DNA from: an archaeon 13_1_40CM_2_52_13
GTDB lineage: Archaea > Thermoproteota > Bathyarchaeia > 40CM-2-53-6
Reading direction: 5' to 3'
Assembly (NCBI GenBank): GCA_001919285.1
Contig: MNHO01000022.1
Location: 14,444 to 73,367 of the forward strand
Length of the DNA: 58,924 nucleotides
The notes under the pieces were generated by a model. That model made no database searches. It saw only the letters and a program-made list of their open reading frames with translations, and was not told the DNA's origin. Shown piece by piece: positions 26,447 through 36,257 of this stretch (positions are counted from its first letter, which is position 1; each line of letters begins with the position of its first letter). A program made the position numbers and the translations under genes.

Positions 26447-27433
26447 ATGCAGTACATCCAACTAGGCCCCACCGGACTAGAGGTCTCGCGCATCTGTCTC
26501 GGAGCAATGTCTTTTGGTAATTCTGAAGAATGGATGGTAGAGATCGATAAGGCGAGGATGATTGTGAAACGTGCTCTTGACCTCGGTGTGAACTTCTTCG
26601 ACACTGCGAACGTTTACTCGAATGGAAGATCAGAGGAGATCATCGGGGAGCTTTTGAAGGACAATCGGGACGATGTAGTGATTGCCACAAAGGTCAGATT
26701 GAAGGTTGGCGAGGGACCGAACAGCGAAGGCCTCTCAAGATACCACATCATGGGTCAGGTGAAGAAGTCTCTCAAGCGTCTCCGAACTGATAGAATCGAT
26801 CTCTACCAGACGCACCGCTGGGACTACTCGACCCCGATAGAGGAAACGCTTCTCACTCTCAACGATCTGGTCCGACAGGGAATGGTCAATTACATAGGCA
26901 CTTCAAGCATGTTCACATGGCAATTCGCGAAAGCACTCGCTGCGAGCGACCTGCTGGGGGTCGCGCGTTTTGTCTCCATGCAGAATCACTACAGTCTTTG
27001 CTATCGTGAAGAAGAGCGAGAGATGATACCATTCTGCAAAGACCAAGAAACAGCTCTGATCCCCTGGAGCCCCTTGGCCCGCGGCTTCCTCACGGGAAGA
27101 TACAAACGAGGAGGAAAAACGGATACTCCGAGGTATCGGTCTGACAAGTATTTTGCTGAGAGATTCTTCAGACCAGAAGATTTCGACGTATTAGAGCGGG
27201 CCGAAGAGATAGCAAAGCAGAAGGGAGTGACCGTGTCTCAGATTGCCCTGGCTTGGCTATTACACAAAGGCGTCTGCGCTCCGATAATCGGAGCAACGAA
27301 GGTGGAGCACGTGGAAGATGCTGTCAGCGCGCTCGACGTAAAGCTCTCGCCGGATGACATGAAGAGGCTCGAAGAACCCTACAAGCCCCATCGAATAATA
27401 GGCCCGCTACTGGTCCCGGATGCCACGAGATAG
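26447..27433 (+). CDS. aldo/keto reductase
   Basis: This is a 328 aa ORF. GLEVSRICLGAMSFG, FFDTANVYSNGRSEEIIG, DLYQTHRWD and PIIGATKVEHVEDA are canonical AKR blocks. Confidence 0.9.
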   Translation: MQYIQLGPTGLEVSRICLGAMSFGNSEEWMVEIDKARMIVKRALDLGVNFFDTANVYSNGRSEEIIGELLKDNRDDVVIATKVRLKVGEGPNSEGLSRYHIMGQVKKSLKRLRTDRIDLYQTHRWDYSTPIEETLLTLNDLVRQGMVNYIGTSSMFTWQFAKALAASDLLGVARFVSMQNHYSLCYREEEREMIPFCKDQETALIPWSPLARGFLTGRYKRGGKTDTPRYRSDKYFAERFFRPEDFDVLERAEEIAKQKGVTVSQIALAWLLHKGVCAPIIGATKVEHVEDAVSALDVKLSPDDMKRLEEPYKPHRIIGPLLVPDATR

Positions 27434-27570
27434 GCCAACACGGACACTTACCTGCTCGTTAGCGTTGGAGAAGCTGCTCGTTTTTCGGGCTTCTCAGAAG
27501 TCGATTTACGGTTCAAAACAGCCCCAAAACACATAGTCAGGCTTAATCAGGGAAAAAATCTGACTTGCAA

Positions 27571-27615
27571 CCCCCGGGGGGGCGGGGGCCAACTCATCCA
27601 GATCCCGCGGTTTTT
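27571..27615 (+). repeat. GC-homopolymer hairpin plus CCCGCGG-T5 element
   Basis: CCCCCGGGGGGGCGGGGGCCAAC lies at 27571-27593 and CCCGCGGTTTTT at 27604-27615. It is related to the element at 47084-47125. Confidence 0.4.
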
Positions 27616-27649
27616 CGTGCGATTTTCCCACGTTGAAATATCCTCAGCC

Positions 27650-28408
27650 TTACCTGATCTTCGCCGGCGTATTGAGATGTCGAAGTTGTGCTGGGTCCCA
27701 TCCGACTACTTCTACAGTTTCTCGACGACGAACTGTCTTCTCCGGATTCTCTGAGTGAAGCCGCTGAATGATCTTATCGTTGACTTCCGCCGGGACATCC
27801 CAAGAGACTGAAGATTTCCTCCTGTCGAACGAGTCTATCTCTTCATGCACATCGACATCTGTCCAATAGTCACCGACCAATTTGACGGTAGCTGGAGGTA
27901 CTACTCGGCGAAGCCCCGCCTCACCATCATTGAACCGATCCAGAGGATAGCCCATCTCCTTCCTCAGCTCCAAATACCTCGACCGCGGACTGAACCCCTC
28001 CCCATTCTCCACCTCTGCAACAATTACTCTCCCCGTCACTCGGCCTACTTCGCCAACTACCCGAACCCAATCGCGAACAAGATGCAACACATGAACCATG
28101 ATCGCACCATCAAAGACCCGATCCCGGAAAGGCAAATAGTGCGCATCAGCTCGGACCAAGCTTCGGATCCGCTTCTCCCGAGCCCTAGCCATCATAGAGA
28201 GTGACACGTCAATACCGACGACTTCGAAACCTGAATAATTCAGGTACTCTGCAAATCGTCCCGTCCCAATTCCCACATCGAGAATGGTCCTGCAACCAGC
28301 GAACAGTTCATTCATCGCGTTCAAGAGACTCTTCATTACTTCCGGTGGAACGCCAGACCATCTCGTAGCATCGTAGACGCCAGCTATACGATCAAAGGAA
28401 ACCGCCAA
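27650..28408 (-). CDS. class I SAM-dependent methyltransferase
   Basis: This is a 252 aa ORF. ILDVGIGTGRF is SAM motif I, and VFDGAIMVHVLHLV is a motif II/III-like region. Confidence 0.8.
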   Translation of the reverse strand: MAVSFDRIAGVYDATRWSGVPPEVMKSLLNAMNELFAGCRTILDVGIGTGRFAEYLNYSGFEVVGIDVSLSMMARAREKRIRSLVRADAHYLPFRDRVFDGAIMVHVLHLVRDWVRVVGEVGRVTGRVIVAEVENGEGFSPRSRYLELRKEMGYPLDRFNDGEAGLRRVVPPATVKLVGDYWTDVDVHEEIDSFDRRKSSVSWDVPAEVNDKIIQRLHSENPEKTVRRRETVEVVGWDPAQLRHLNTPAKIR

Positions 28409-28514
28409 TCATGTTTCACCTCAAAGCCCTCCAAGTGACATCAACTCTCGAGGCACCTACTCCTTTGGACGTGTGGAAGGTCAATCGACCCTCTGCTAAA
28501 CCTATACGTCACGA

Positions 28515-29471
28515 TTGACTCTGTGGATTCCTATCTTGCTTCATGCTGACCGGCTCGCGCGGAGCCTATACTCAGAGGAGGGTTTCCTCAGCCCCAAGCC
28601 ACCTTTCGACTTTTCCAAAGCGCTGGACTTTTTGAGAGGCTATCCGCCGATGCGAGACGACCAGAAAATCGACGAACTCTCTCTCACGAGGGCCGTCTGT
28701 ATCGGCGGCCAAACCATCGTCTTCAACGTTCGATCAACCGGCCTCATCAAGAGCCCACGATTGAAGTACACTCTCATCTCTGATCGTTCTCTGACACAAG
28801 GTGCGCGCGACGCCGCTGTCGATCGAATCGGGTTCTTTCTGAGCTTGGCTGATGATCTTGAGCAATTCTACAGGATCGGTTATGGCGATGTGGATTTTGC
28901 TCCGGTGTTGCAGAGGCTTTACGGTCTCCACCAGGTAAAATTTCTAACACCCTTCGAGTCTGCTTGCTGGGCCGTTCTCTCCCAGCGCTATCCCACCGGA
29001 GCTGCACAGAGGACCAAGCAGGCTATCACTGAAAAATTTGGAACAAGTCTAAAAGTGAATGGTCAGAGGTATGTTACTTTTCCCGAAGCTTACCGACTAG
29101 CTTCCGCCAACGAGCAGGACCTGCTTGCCATCGTTAGAAACCAGCGTCGAACCAAATTCCTATCAGGTGTCGCGAAGGCCTTCGCCGAAACAGATGAGAG
29201 GTTTCTCAGGACAGCAAAGTACGCCCAAGTTGAGGAGTGGCTAGGTCAGATCCGAGGCATTGGAGAATGGTCGTCAAAACTGATTCTGCTCCGAGGATTG
29301 GGCCGAATGGAGAAGATCGCTGTGGAGAAGCGATTGCTCAAAGCGGCTTCAAATGTCTACGGTCGAGGCAGGATCCTCAATCAGAGCGTTCTAGACCAGA
29401 TAGCCGAGAAATATGGGTCCTGGAAAGGGTACTGGGCGTATTATCTGAGAACAGCTTCTTTGAAATCTTGA
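28515..29471 (+). CDS. HhH-GPD superfamily DNA glycosylase (AlkA-like)
   Basis: This is a 318 aa ORF. The HhH element reads IRGIGEWSSKLILLRGLGR. The AlkA-like N-terminal and core layout is present. The position of the usual catalytic Asp reads E (IAVEKRL). Confidence 0.65.
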   Translation: MTLWIPILLHADRLARSLYSEEGFLSPKPPFDFSKALDFLRGYPPMRDDQKIDELSLTRAVCIGGQTIVFNVRSTGLIKSPRLKYTLISDRSLTQGARDAAVDRIGFFLSLADDLEQFYRIGYGDVDFAPVLQRLYGLHQVKFLTPFESACWAVLSQRYPTGAAQRTKQAITEKFGTSLKVNGQRYVTFPEAYRLASANEQDLLAIVRNQRRTKFLSGVAKAFAETDERFLRTAKYAQVEEWLGQIRGIGEWSSKLILLRGLGRMEKIAVEKRLLKAASNVYGRGRILNQSVLDQIAEKYGSWKGYWAYYLRTASLKS

Positions 29472-29496
29472 ATTCTGAGCAGAATTTCTCTTTGAC

Positions 29497-29940
29497 CTAT
29501 CTGGGGCTTGACGTTGTCAGAGGTTGTGCTTTCCCGAGGGCATGTTTAACGAGAACAGTCCTTCCCCAGCCATGGTGAGCGAAGTCCTCCGCTGGCGGCA
29601 ATTTGTCGATCTCGAACCATCTCAGCTCTGCAACTGCCTTCCCCGGTGATGTACTCATCGTGCGGGTGAACGCGAGGTAGTCGAAGATAAGATGCCAAGT
29701 CTGATTGTTCCCCACGAAAGACTCGATCTCGGCGAGTTTCAACGTTGCATCATCTATCCCCGCCTGTTCTTTCAAGATACGCCTAGCAGCTTGTTCCGGA
29801 TGCTCCAAGTGGTGAAGATCATCGTTGGGTAGGAACCATCCGTGCTGATTATCAGGGCCGACTCTGTACTTCAACAGGAGAGCGGAACTGTGATGCAAGG
29901 CTGCGACATGAGCTACTAGTGTATGTGTGTTGCACCCCAT
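29497..29940 (-). CDS. NUDIX-fold protein with a degenerate Nudix box
   Basis: GWFLPNDDLHHLEHPEQAARRILKEQAGI resembles GX5EX7REUXEEXGU, but with RE changed to RI and EE changed to EQ. Confidence 0.5.
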   Translation of the reverse strand: MGCNTHTLVAHVAALHHSSALLLKYRVGPDNQHGWFLPNDDLHHLEHPEQAARRILKEQAGIDDATLKLAEIESFVGNNQTWHLIFDYLAFTRTMSTSPGKAVAELRWFEIDKLPPAEDFAHHGWGRTVLVKHALGKAQPLTTSSPR

Positions 29941-29988
29941 GGGTCAAGTCCAAGCGTCTGCTCTGTACGATAGGGGCAAGATTAGCTT

Positions 29989-30501
29989 TTAGTCGCGCAG
30001 AATGCCTTCGACAACGTTTCCCTGCAGGAGTGAGTCTTCAGACTTCTCTGCTTTCTCGAAGATTGTGGTTTCATCTACCTGAACCGAAGCTCGTTTCTGG
30101 TAGATTTTCGCAACCTGTCGAAAGATGTCTGAAAGCTTGTCAGATTTGGGCCGAATCTCTTTGCCAAGTCGCCTAGTCAATATCTCCGAGCAATGGTTCA
30201 CCACCATTCTTCTCCCGGTCCCAAGAATCTCGCCAAGAGCCTTGTCGAGCTCCTCAATTCCGTCGGGCAGCTTGTTCATGTCTACATGGTGTCTCCGTCT
30301 GGCATAGTGAAGAATCAGCTCGGCAGTCGCGCCCCCTAGACTCTGAAACGCTTCTTCAACAGAGTCCTTCAGCTGCATGGCTAGGTCGGGAGGAAGATGT
30401 ACTAGCCGGAACAAGCCCCGTTGGGACATCGACAGCACTGGACTAGCCCATCTGCTCATCTTACAACTAACGTTACTAATCCGGCCTACTACAGGTTGCA
30501 C
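29989..30501 (-). CDS. hypothetical protein
   Basis: This is a 170 aa ORF with no recognisable family. Confidence 0.35.
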   Translation of the reverse strand: MQPVVGRISNVSCKMSRWASPVLSMSQRGLFRLVHLPPDLAMQLKDSVEEAFQSLGGATAELILHYARRRHHVDMNKLPDGIEELDKALGEILGTGRRMVVNHCSEILTRRLGKEIRPKSDKLSDIFRQVAKIYQKRASVQVDETTIFEKAEKSEDSLLQGNVVEGILRD

Positions 30502-30566
30502 GCAATAGGCCGAATAAGGTCCGAGCGGAACCTCTTTCAGGATTCTCGTGAGCTATAGGACGAATC

Positions 30567-31364
30567 TCAATCCTCAGGGTTGAGAAGAGCCTGTACTTCC
30601 CTCTTGAACTCTTCACCATCGAAGATAGAATGTTTCATTGGTTTGCCGTTGATGTAGACGCATCCCTTAACGAGCGCCCTGCGCTTGGCCATCTCAGGCT
30701 TTTCCCACATGTTTACCATTTCAACCGAGACGTTAGGATCGATGGCCCTGACTGCCTCAGCAATCCTGTCGCTGAACTGGTGTGTGAAGATACACGTGGG
30801 TTCGTAGAAGATTTTGACACCCTTCTCCCCGACACGTCTTGGATTGTTCTTTCTCGGCCTAGTCAGGCCGCCGTTTATGAGATACTCTAGTTCGTGAGGC
30901 TCGCCTTCAGGTCTCTCTTTGAAACCCATCCGTTTCCAGAAGGCCGTTTGGGAGAGTCCACATCCTGGAGGATCGAAGCTGACAGTTTCCAACCTATCAT
31001 ACTTGGCCTGAGTCTTCGCATCGTTAACTACACTCTTGAAGAGAGCTTTGCCATGGCCCTTTCCCTGTTGGGCAAGGTGCACGAAACTGCACCTGACATG
31101 AAGCATCTTCGGGTCCGGATCTTTCAAGAAAGGGATTGAACTCTCTGGATAGTAGAGTATTTGGCCCACTGGCTTATTGTCAACGTAGAGAATCTTGGAG
31201 GGAGAGCTGGACTCCTCTAGCATTTTGCGAAGCCACTGCTTCTTCTCCCCGATCCCCTTCTGAACAGAAAGCTGTTCAACTGGTTGCTCATCGCCACAGA
31301 CAGATATTCTGTCGTCGAGGAGGTTTTCCTTCAAGTCCTCGATCCGAACGTCTTGGGTCATCAA
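30567..31364 (-). CDS. GNAT N-acetyltransferase fused to a thioredoxin-fold-like C-terminal domain
   Basis: The GNAT motif A-like segment is QQGKGHGKALFKSVV. The C-terminal VKIFYEPTCIFTHQ...VYINGKPM resembles small Trx-fold proteins but lacks CxxC. Confidence 0.55.
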   Translation of the reverse strand: MMTQDVRIEDLKENLLDDRISVCGDEQPVEQLSVQKGIGEKKQWLRKMLEESSSPSKILYVDNKPVGQILYYPESSIPFLKDPDPKMLHVRCSFVHLAQQGKGHGKALFKSVVNDAKTQAKYDRLETVSFDPPGCGLSQTAFWKRMGFKERPEGEPHELEYLINGGLTRPRKNNPRRVGEKGVKIFYEPTCIFTHQFSDRIAEAVRAIDPNVSVEMVNMWEKPEMAKRRALVKGCVYINGKPMKHSIFDGEEFKREVQALLNPED

Positions 31365-31415
31365 GTCGCCTTGTCCAGTGAAGAATCCTCTACTGCTGAA
31401 ACTAATGTTTTTCGA

Positions 31416-32318
31416 TCAGGACCCAACTTCAGTCTCTTCCTTCAAGCTCGGAATCATGTCCTGAACGACCTCCTTGAAATCTTTGTAGATGGAAGGGTCC
31501 TCTGCATAACGCTCGAAGAATGGATACAATTCCGCCACCGCTGGATAGTAGTTCGGATTGGGTTTGATTCCCTTCTTCTCAGGATTGGGATAGACAGGCC
31601 TTTCTAGAAAATCTCTCACGCTGAAGTAGGCCAGCATGTCGACAATTGTATGTGCAATCTCTGAGTTGAGACTCGCCCTTCTCAGAGCATCTCCAACTAT
31701 CCGTCGAGGAGTAATGAGCTCGGACAGCTCATGGGCGAGAAACTTTTTCTGAACCTGAAGATCAGGGAAAGCTGAGAATCCGATACAGTGATTCCAGCCA
31801 AATCCTCCGTATAGGCAGTCTATGAAATGAATACGAATTCTGTCCACGGTCCACGGGCTTTTGGCGAGTATCGAGAGGCGTGACAATACCCGGTCGCTTA
31901 TCGGGACCCATTCGGACTGGAACTTCTCCATGTACTCCTCCAGTCGAGGCTTGACTTCCTTCCAGATCTCATCAAAGCCTGCGACTCCTTCTTGACGAAT
32001 CTTCCGAAACAATTCGGCTGGCTCGCTACTCTCAGATAGCGCTTCAAGACCTCCCGACGGGCCTCGCTTCATTAGACCAGTGACGAACCCGTACCATTCA
32101 GATTCGGATGCGAACGGACCCACTCTCTGAAGCTCGAGGCGGACCTCATCCCGTCTGAGATGACCGTTTCGTGCCTGGTACGCTATGTTCTTCAGCATTC
32201 CCGTTGCCAGTTCTGCGGGCATCAGTTCACTATAGAGGACTGAGATGTGGCAGAACGCATTTACTACTCTGCTGACTCCAAACTCGACCTGAGGATTCAA
32301 CCGTACAGTAACCACCAA
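31416..32318 (-). CDS. hypothetical protein
   Basis: This is a 300 aa ORF with no recognisable family. Confidence 0.4.
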   Translation of the reverse strand: MVVTVRLNPQVEFGVSRVVNAFCHISVLYSELMPAELATGMLKNIAYQARNGHLRRDEVRLELQRVGPFASESEWYGFVTGLMKRGPSGGLEALSESSEPAELFRKIRQEGVAGFDEIWKEVKPRLEEYMEKFQSEWVPISDRVLSRLSILAKSPWTVDRIRIHFIDCLYGGFGWNHCIGFSAFPDLQVQKKFLAHELSELITPRRIVGDALRRASLNSEIAHTIVDMLAYFSVRDFLERPVYPNPEKKGIKPNPNYYPAVAELYPFFERYAEDPSIYKDFKEVVQDMIPSLKEETEVGS

Positions 32319-32459
32319 ACTCTTCTGCGTTCGTCGATGTTGGCCGGACTTAGTCCGCAGAGGGTTCTGAAAGTATCAGAGAAATTCGGTGTGAGACCTT
32401 CCTCCTGGCTCACTAATGGGATACTCGAGCCGGCAAACGGCTCCCATTTACCCTAGGCA

Positions 32460-33653
32460 CTATTCTTTCAGCTCTCTAATCAGCTGTTTAGCTATGGTCA
32501 GCCTTTGGATATCGTTGGTGCCCTCGTAGGTTTTGATGATCTGCGAATCTCTCAGGAACCGTTCCACCGGGTACTCTGTCGCAACGCCGTAGCCACCATG
32601 TATCATCATAGCCAACAAGGCCAACTTTTCAGCTGTCTCAGTGGATGTCACCTTCGCGATCGATGCGGCTTTGACAAACTCCTTGCCCTGATCCTTGAGC
32701 GAGGCTGCCCAGTACGTCAGCAGACGCGCTGTGTGAAGCCCCATGGCCATCTCCGCCAGCTTGTATTGGACCTGCTGAAAATCGATCAACGGCTTCTCAA
32801 AGCTTGTCCGGGTCTGAGCATAACTTATCGCGGCCTCGTAGGCCGCCTGGGCAATACCAACACCCTGCGCCGAGACGTCCACGCGCCCCCGATCATACGT
32901 CTTCACGCCGATGTAGAACCCGTCGCCTTCCTTTCCCACGAGATTGTCCGTGGGGATCTTGACGTGATCAAGGATCAGCTCTGAGGGTTGCGAGCCGCGA
33001 AGACCTGTCGTTTCGATATGGCTGCCAACCTGAAAACCCTCTGTTCCCCTTTCGACAATGAACGCGCTCAAACCCTTGTGCCGCTCCTTGCTGCTTGGAG
33101 GTGGACTTGTCCTGGCGAAAACCAAGTAGAGGTCTGCGATTTCACCGTTCGTGATGAACGTCTTCCGGCCGCTGATCTCCCAGTGGGTCCCGTGGAGCTT
33201 GGCGGTCGACTTGATCCCTGCCACATCGGACCCTGCCCCAGGCTCTGTCATCGCGTGAGCGCCGATCTTTTCCCCTGACACCATCGGGACGAGGAATCGC
33301 TTCTTCTGCTCTGCTGACCCCCACTCATTCAGAGGCTCGGAGACTAGGTGACTCGCGACAAAGACCGTCGAGCATGCCGCCGAGACTCGAGCTATCTCTT
33401 CAATGGCAATGACCATCGAGAGAAGGTCGCCACCTAGACCACCATACTCCTCCTTGTAAGTGATAGCGGTCAGACCAACTCCTGCGATTCGTCGGAGGAG
33501 GTCTCTCGGTATCTTGTTATTCTTGTCAATCTCAAATGCAACGGGCCGAATCTCCTTTTCAGCAAAATCCCTGATGGTGTGTCGGAGACTCTCATGGTCA
33601 GGAGTGAGCTTCACCTCATAATCAGCCGAACGCGGCATCATCGTGCTCGTCAA
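32460..33653 (-). CDS. acyl-CoA dehydrogenase
   Basis: This is a 397 aa ORF with ACAD blocks: GAHAMTEPGAGSD, WEISGRKTFITNG, QIIKTYEGTNDIQR. Confidence 0.9.
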   Translation of the reverse strand: MTSTMMPRSADYEVKLTPDHESLRHTIRDFAEKEIRPVAFEIDKNNKIPRDLLRRIAGVGLTAITYKEEYGGLGGDLLSMVIAIEEIARVSAACSTVFVASHLVSEPLNEWGSAEQKKRFLVPMVSGEKIGAHAMTEPGAGSDVAGIKSTAKLHGTHWEISGRKTFITNGEIADLYLVFARTSPPPSSKERHKGLSAFIVERGTEGFQVGSHIETTGLRGSQPSELILDHVKIPTDNLVGKEGDGFYIGVKTYDRGRVDVSAQGVGIAQAAYEAAISYAQTRTSFEKPLIDFQQVQYKLAEMAMGLHTARLLTYWAASLKDQGKEFVKAASIAKVTSTETAEKLALLAMMIHGGYGVATEYPVERFLRDSQIIKTYEGTNDIQRLTIAKQLIRELKE

Positions 33654-34089
33654 ATCAATATCTACACTCGCAATCCCGCTTGGCTAATCATTCCTTTAAA
33701 CTTTGAATTCAAACATGAATGGCAAGTGCAGGTCACGAGCCTGAGGGTCAGGAAGGCACCTCCAAACCTTGAACACATTTTCGACAGTAACACTGCACAT
33801 GAAATTCTCAATGTAGGTCTCCTCTTGTTATCGCCAATATTGGACCCTATTCCTTAGAGTCATTTACGACTCAATTATCTAGGAACAGTCGGCGACCATT
33901 GAATACCGAGAAGGTCGGCCTCGGAGCAATCGGCCATGACCTCGGACTCGAGATATCCTGACACCGCGGAGTCGGGTGAAACGTACGACGTAGAGCAGAG
34001 TTCCCTCCCCCAGAGGCTTCCTCGACGGAATGCTTAGCGAATCTTTAGCAAGAGATTGCCCTAGCCCCGATGCACGTTCAGGGTATAGA

Positions 34090-35178
34090 TCAGTTGATAA
34101 CTGGCAGAAATCTCTCTTCTGATACTGCGGTGCTGAGCCCGCCTATGATCGGCAGTTGATAGCCGCAGCTACCGCACTTATTCTGCTCGTCTAGGTTCCA
34201 TCCGGTTATGTCGAACCCGTAGCGTTTGATGGCTATGGAGTTACACTCAGGACAGTAGGTGTGCTCCCAAGGGTGACCTGGAACATTTCCAACATAGACG
34301 TATCGCAGTCCTTCTTCTCTCGCGACTCTGCAATGCTCCTCCAACGTCTTGACTGGCGTGTGGGGTAAGTTCATCATCTTGTAGTCTGGGTGGAAACGTA
34401 GAAAGTGGATTGGAAAGTCCGGACCCAGATTGTCATAGAGCCATCGGCTGAGCTTTCTAGCATCCTCTATTTTGTCTCCTACTTCCGGGATCACTAGGTC
34501 GGTGAATTCCATGTGCACCTTCGTATTGTCTCTAATCTCTAGTATCGTCTGGAAGATAGGCTCAGCGTTCGCTATGCCGATGTATTTCCGGACAAAATTT
34601 GTCTCGGCGTTTCCCTTGAAATCGATCGTGATACAGTCAAGAAAATCATTCATCATCCCGACCGTGTCCGGAGTATCGTAGCCGTTGGAGACGAAGATGT
34701 TGATCAAACCGTTCCTGCGTGCTTCGACGCCTACGTCATGCGCGAACTCCATGAAGATTGTCGGCTGATTATACGTATAGGCCAGACCCTGACAGCCATG
34801 ACTCAGAGCTAGGGTCGCAACTTCAGGGGGCATCATATCAGTCCCCTCAACCTTACGCCGTTGGCTGATGTCGAAGTTCTGGCAGTACGAACAGAGCCAG
34901 TTACAGCCTGTCGTGGCAATCGAGAATATCTTCGAACCCGGCATGTAGTGCGTTACCGGCTTCTTCTCTATCGGATCGATGTGCCCAGTAATCACTTTCC
35001 CATAGACCAAGAGATGGAGTTTGCCACCAATATTCTGTCTCACACCGCAAAGTCCAACCTTCCCTTCGGGAATGTTACAGTAGCGAGCGCACGCTGTGCA
35101 TCGCACTCTCGCGTCCGCAAGTGGTTGGTACAGCTGCGCTTCTCTTATCATATCACACCATCCTACTGGGCCGAACAC
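34090..35178 (-). CDS. AmmeMemoRadiSam system radical SAM enzyme
   Basis: VRCTACARYCNIPEGKVGLCGVRQNIGGKLH is the family N-terminus. CNWLCSYCQN is the CX3CX2C cluster. A C-terminal CPEC...CGSCG is present. The start is more likely the ATG at 35151 (MIREAQLY). Confidence 0.8.
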   Translation of the reverse strand: MFGPVGWCDMIREAQLYQPLADARVRCTACARYCNIPEGKVGLCGVRQNIGGKLHLLVYGKVITGHIDPIEKKPVTHYMPGSKIFSIATTGCNWLCSYCQNFDISQRRKVEGTDMMPPEVATLALSHGCQGLAYTYNQPTIFMEFAHDVGVEARRNGLINIFVSNGYDTPDTVGMMNDFLDCITIDFKGNAETNFVRKYIGIANAEPIFQTILEIRDNTKVHMEFTDLVIPEVGDKIEDARKLSRWLYDNLGPDFPIHFLRFHPDYKMMNLPHTPVKTLEEHCRVAREEGLRYVYVGNVPGHPWEHTYCPECNSIAIKRYGFDITGWNLDEQNKCGSCGYQLPIIGGLSTAVSEERFLPVIN

Positions 35179-35269
35179 AACTTTTCAAACACGACGGCCC
35201 ATCCGATACTGGGTCAATCAGCTTGAAATCCCTTTCCTTACCTACTAGTTGGTAACGTGAGTTGATGGG

Positions 35270-35812
35270 ATGAAGGCATACTCTGGAACAGGCGATAAAG
35301 GCGAGACGAGTCTCTACGGAGGGACTCGGGTTGAGAAGGCGGACCCCAGAGTGGAGGCGTACGGAGCCATCGATGAACTGAATTCTCAGGTCGGGGCTGC
35401 CAGAGCGCATATCAAAGGGAAGAAGTTGGACCAAACTCTGAAGGGCATCCAGAGGGATCTATGGATCCTGGGAGGAGACTTGGCAAGTGAACTTGTGACC
35501 GCGAATGTTCCTCGAATCAGCAAAGAACAGCTTGACAGACTAGAGAGTGTTACTGATGAGTTGAACTCTGGACTGCCGCGCCTTCGAAGGTTCATTCTTC
35601 CTGGAGGCAGCGTTCCGGGGGCCGAACTCCATGTGGCTAGGGCAGTGTGCAGGAGAGCCGAGAGGAGGATTGTAGCTCTCTCGAAGATAGAATCGATTAA
35701 CCCTGACGTGCTCCCTTACATCAACAGATTGTCTAGCTTCCTGTTCGTTCTTGCACGGACAGTGAATAAGATGCAACGGGTTCCTGAAGAGGAATTTGTT
35801 CGAGACAAGTGA
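35270..35812 (+). CDS. PduO-type ATP:cob(I)alamin adenosyltransferase
   Basis: MKAYSGTGDKGETSLYGGTRVEKADPRVEAYGAIDELNS is the canonical PduO/MMAB N-terminus. FILPGGS is also present. Confidence 0.85.
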   Translation: MKAYSGTGDKGETSLYGGTRVEKADPRVEAYGAIDELNSQVGAARAHIKGKKLDQTLKGIQRDLWILGGDLASELVTANVPRISKEQLDRLESVTDELNSGLPRLRRFILPGGSVPGAELHVARAVCRRAERRIVALSKIESINPDVLPYINRLSSFLFVLARTVNKMQRVPEEEFVRDK

Positions 35813-35825
35813 TGGAAAGATCCGA

Positions 35826-36257
35826 ATGAAGGAGGACTGTATTTTCTGTAAGATTGCGGACAAGGAAGCGGATGCGACGGTTGTCTATGAAGACCCTCAC
35901 ACGCTTGCATTCTTGGATATCCATCCACTGAACCCTGGACACACTCTAGTCATTCCCAAGAAACACTATGTCAACATGCTGGAAATGCCAAGCGAGGAGG
36001 CAGGACGAGTCTTCGCTTCCGTGTCCAAAGTCATGAAGGGAGTCCAGAAAGCCTCGGGTGCTGATGGGATCAGTGTCGGGCAGTCAAATGGTAGGGCTGC
36101 TTCGCAGGAAGTGTTCCACATGCACGTTCATATTATCCCGAGATTTAATCATGAAATGATGAGCGGATTCCCGAACCGCAAGAAGACGCATCGCGAGGAA
36201 CTCGACGAGATTGGTAAGAAGATCAGGACAGCTATCGATACTTCGAAACACATCTAG
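35826..36257 (+). CDS. HIT family (histidine triad) protein
   Basis: From the ATG at 35826 the translation begins MKEDCIFCKI. The histidine triad reads HMHVHIIP. Confidence 0.85.
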   Translation: MKEDCIFCKIADKEADATVVYEDPHTLAFLDIHPLNPGHTLVIPKKHYVNMLEMPSEEAGRVFASVSKVMKGVQKASGADGISVGQSNGRAASQEVFHMHVHIIPRFNHEMMSGFPNRKKTHREELDEIGKKIRTAIDTSKHI

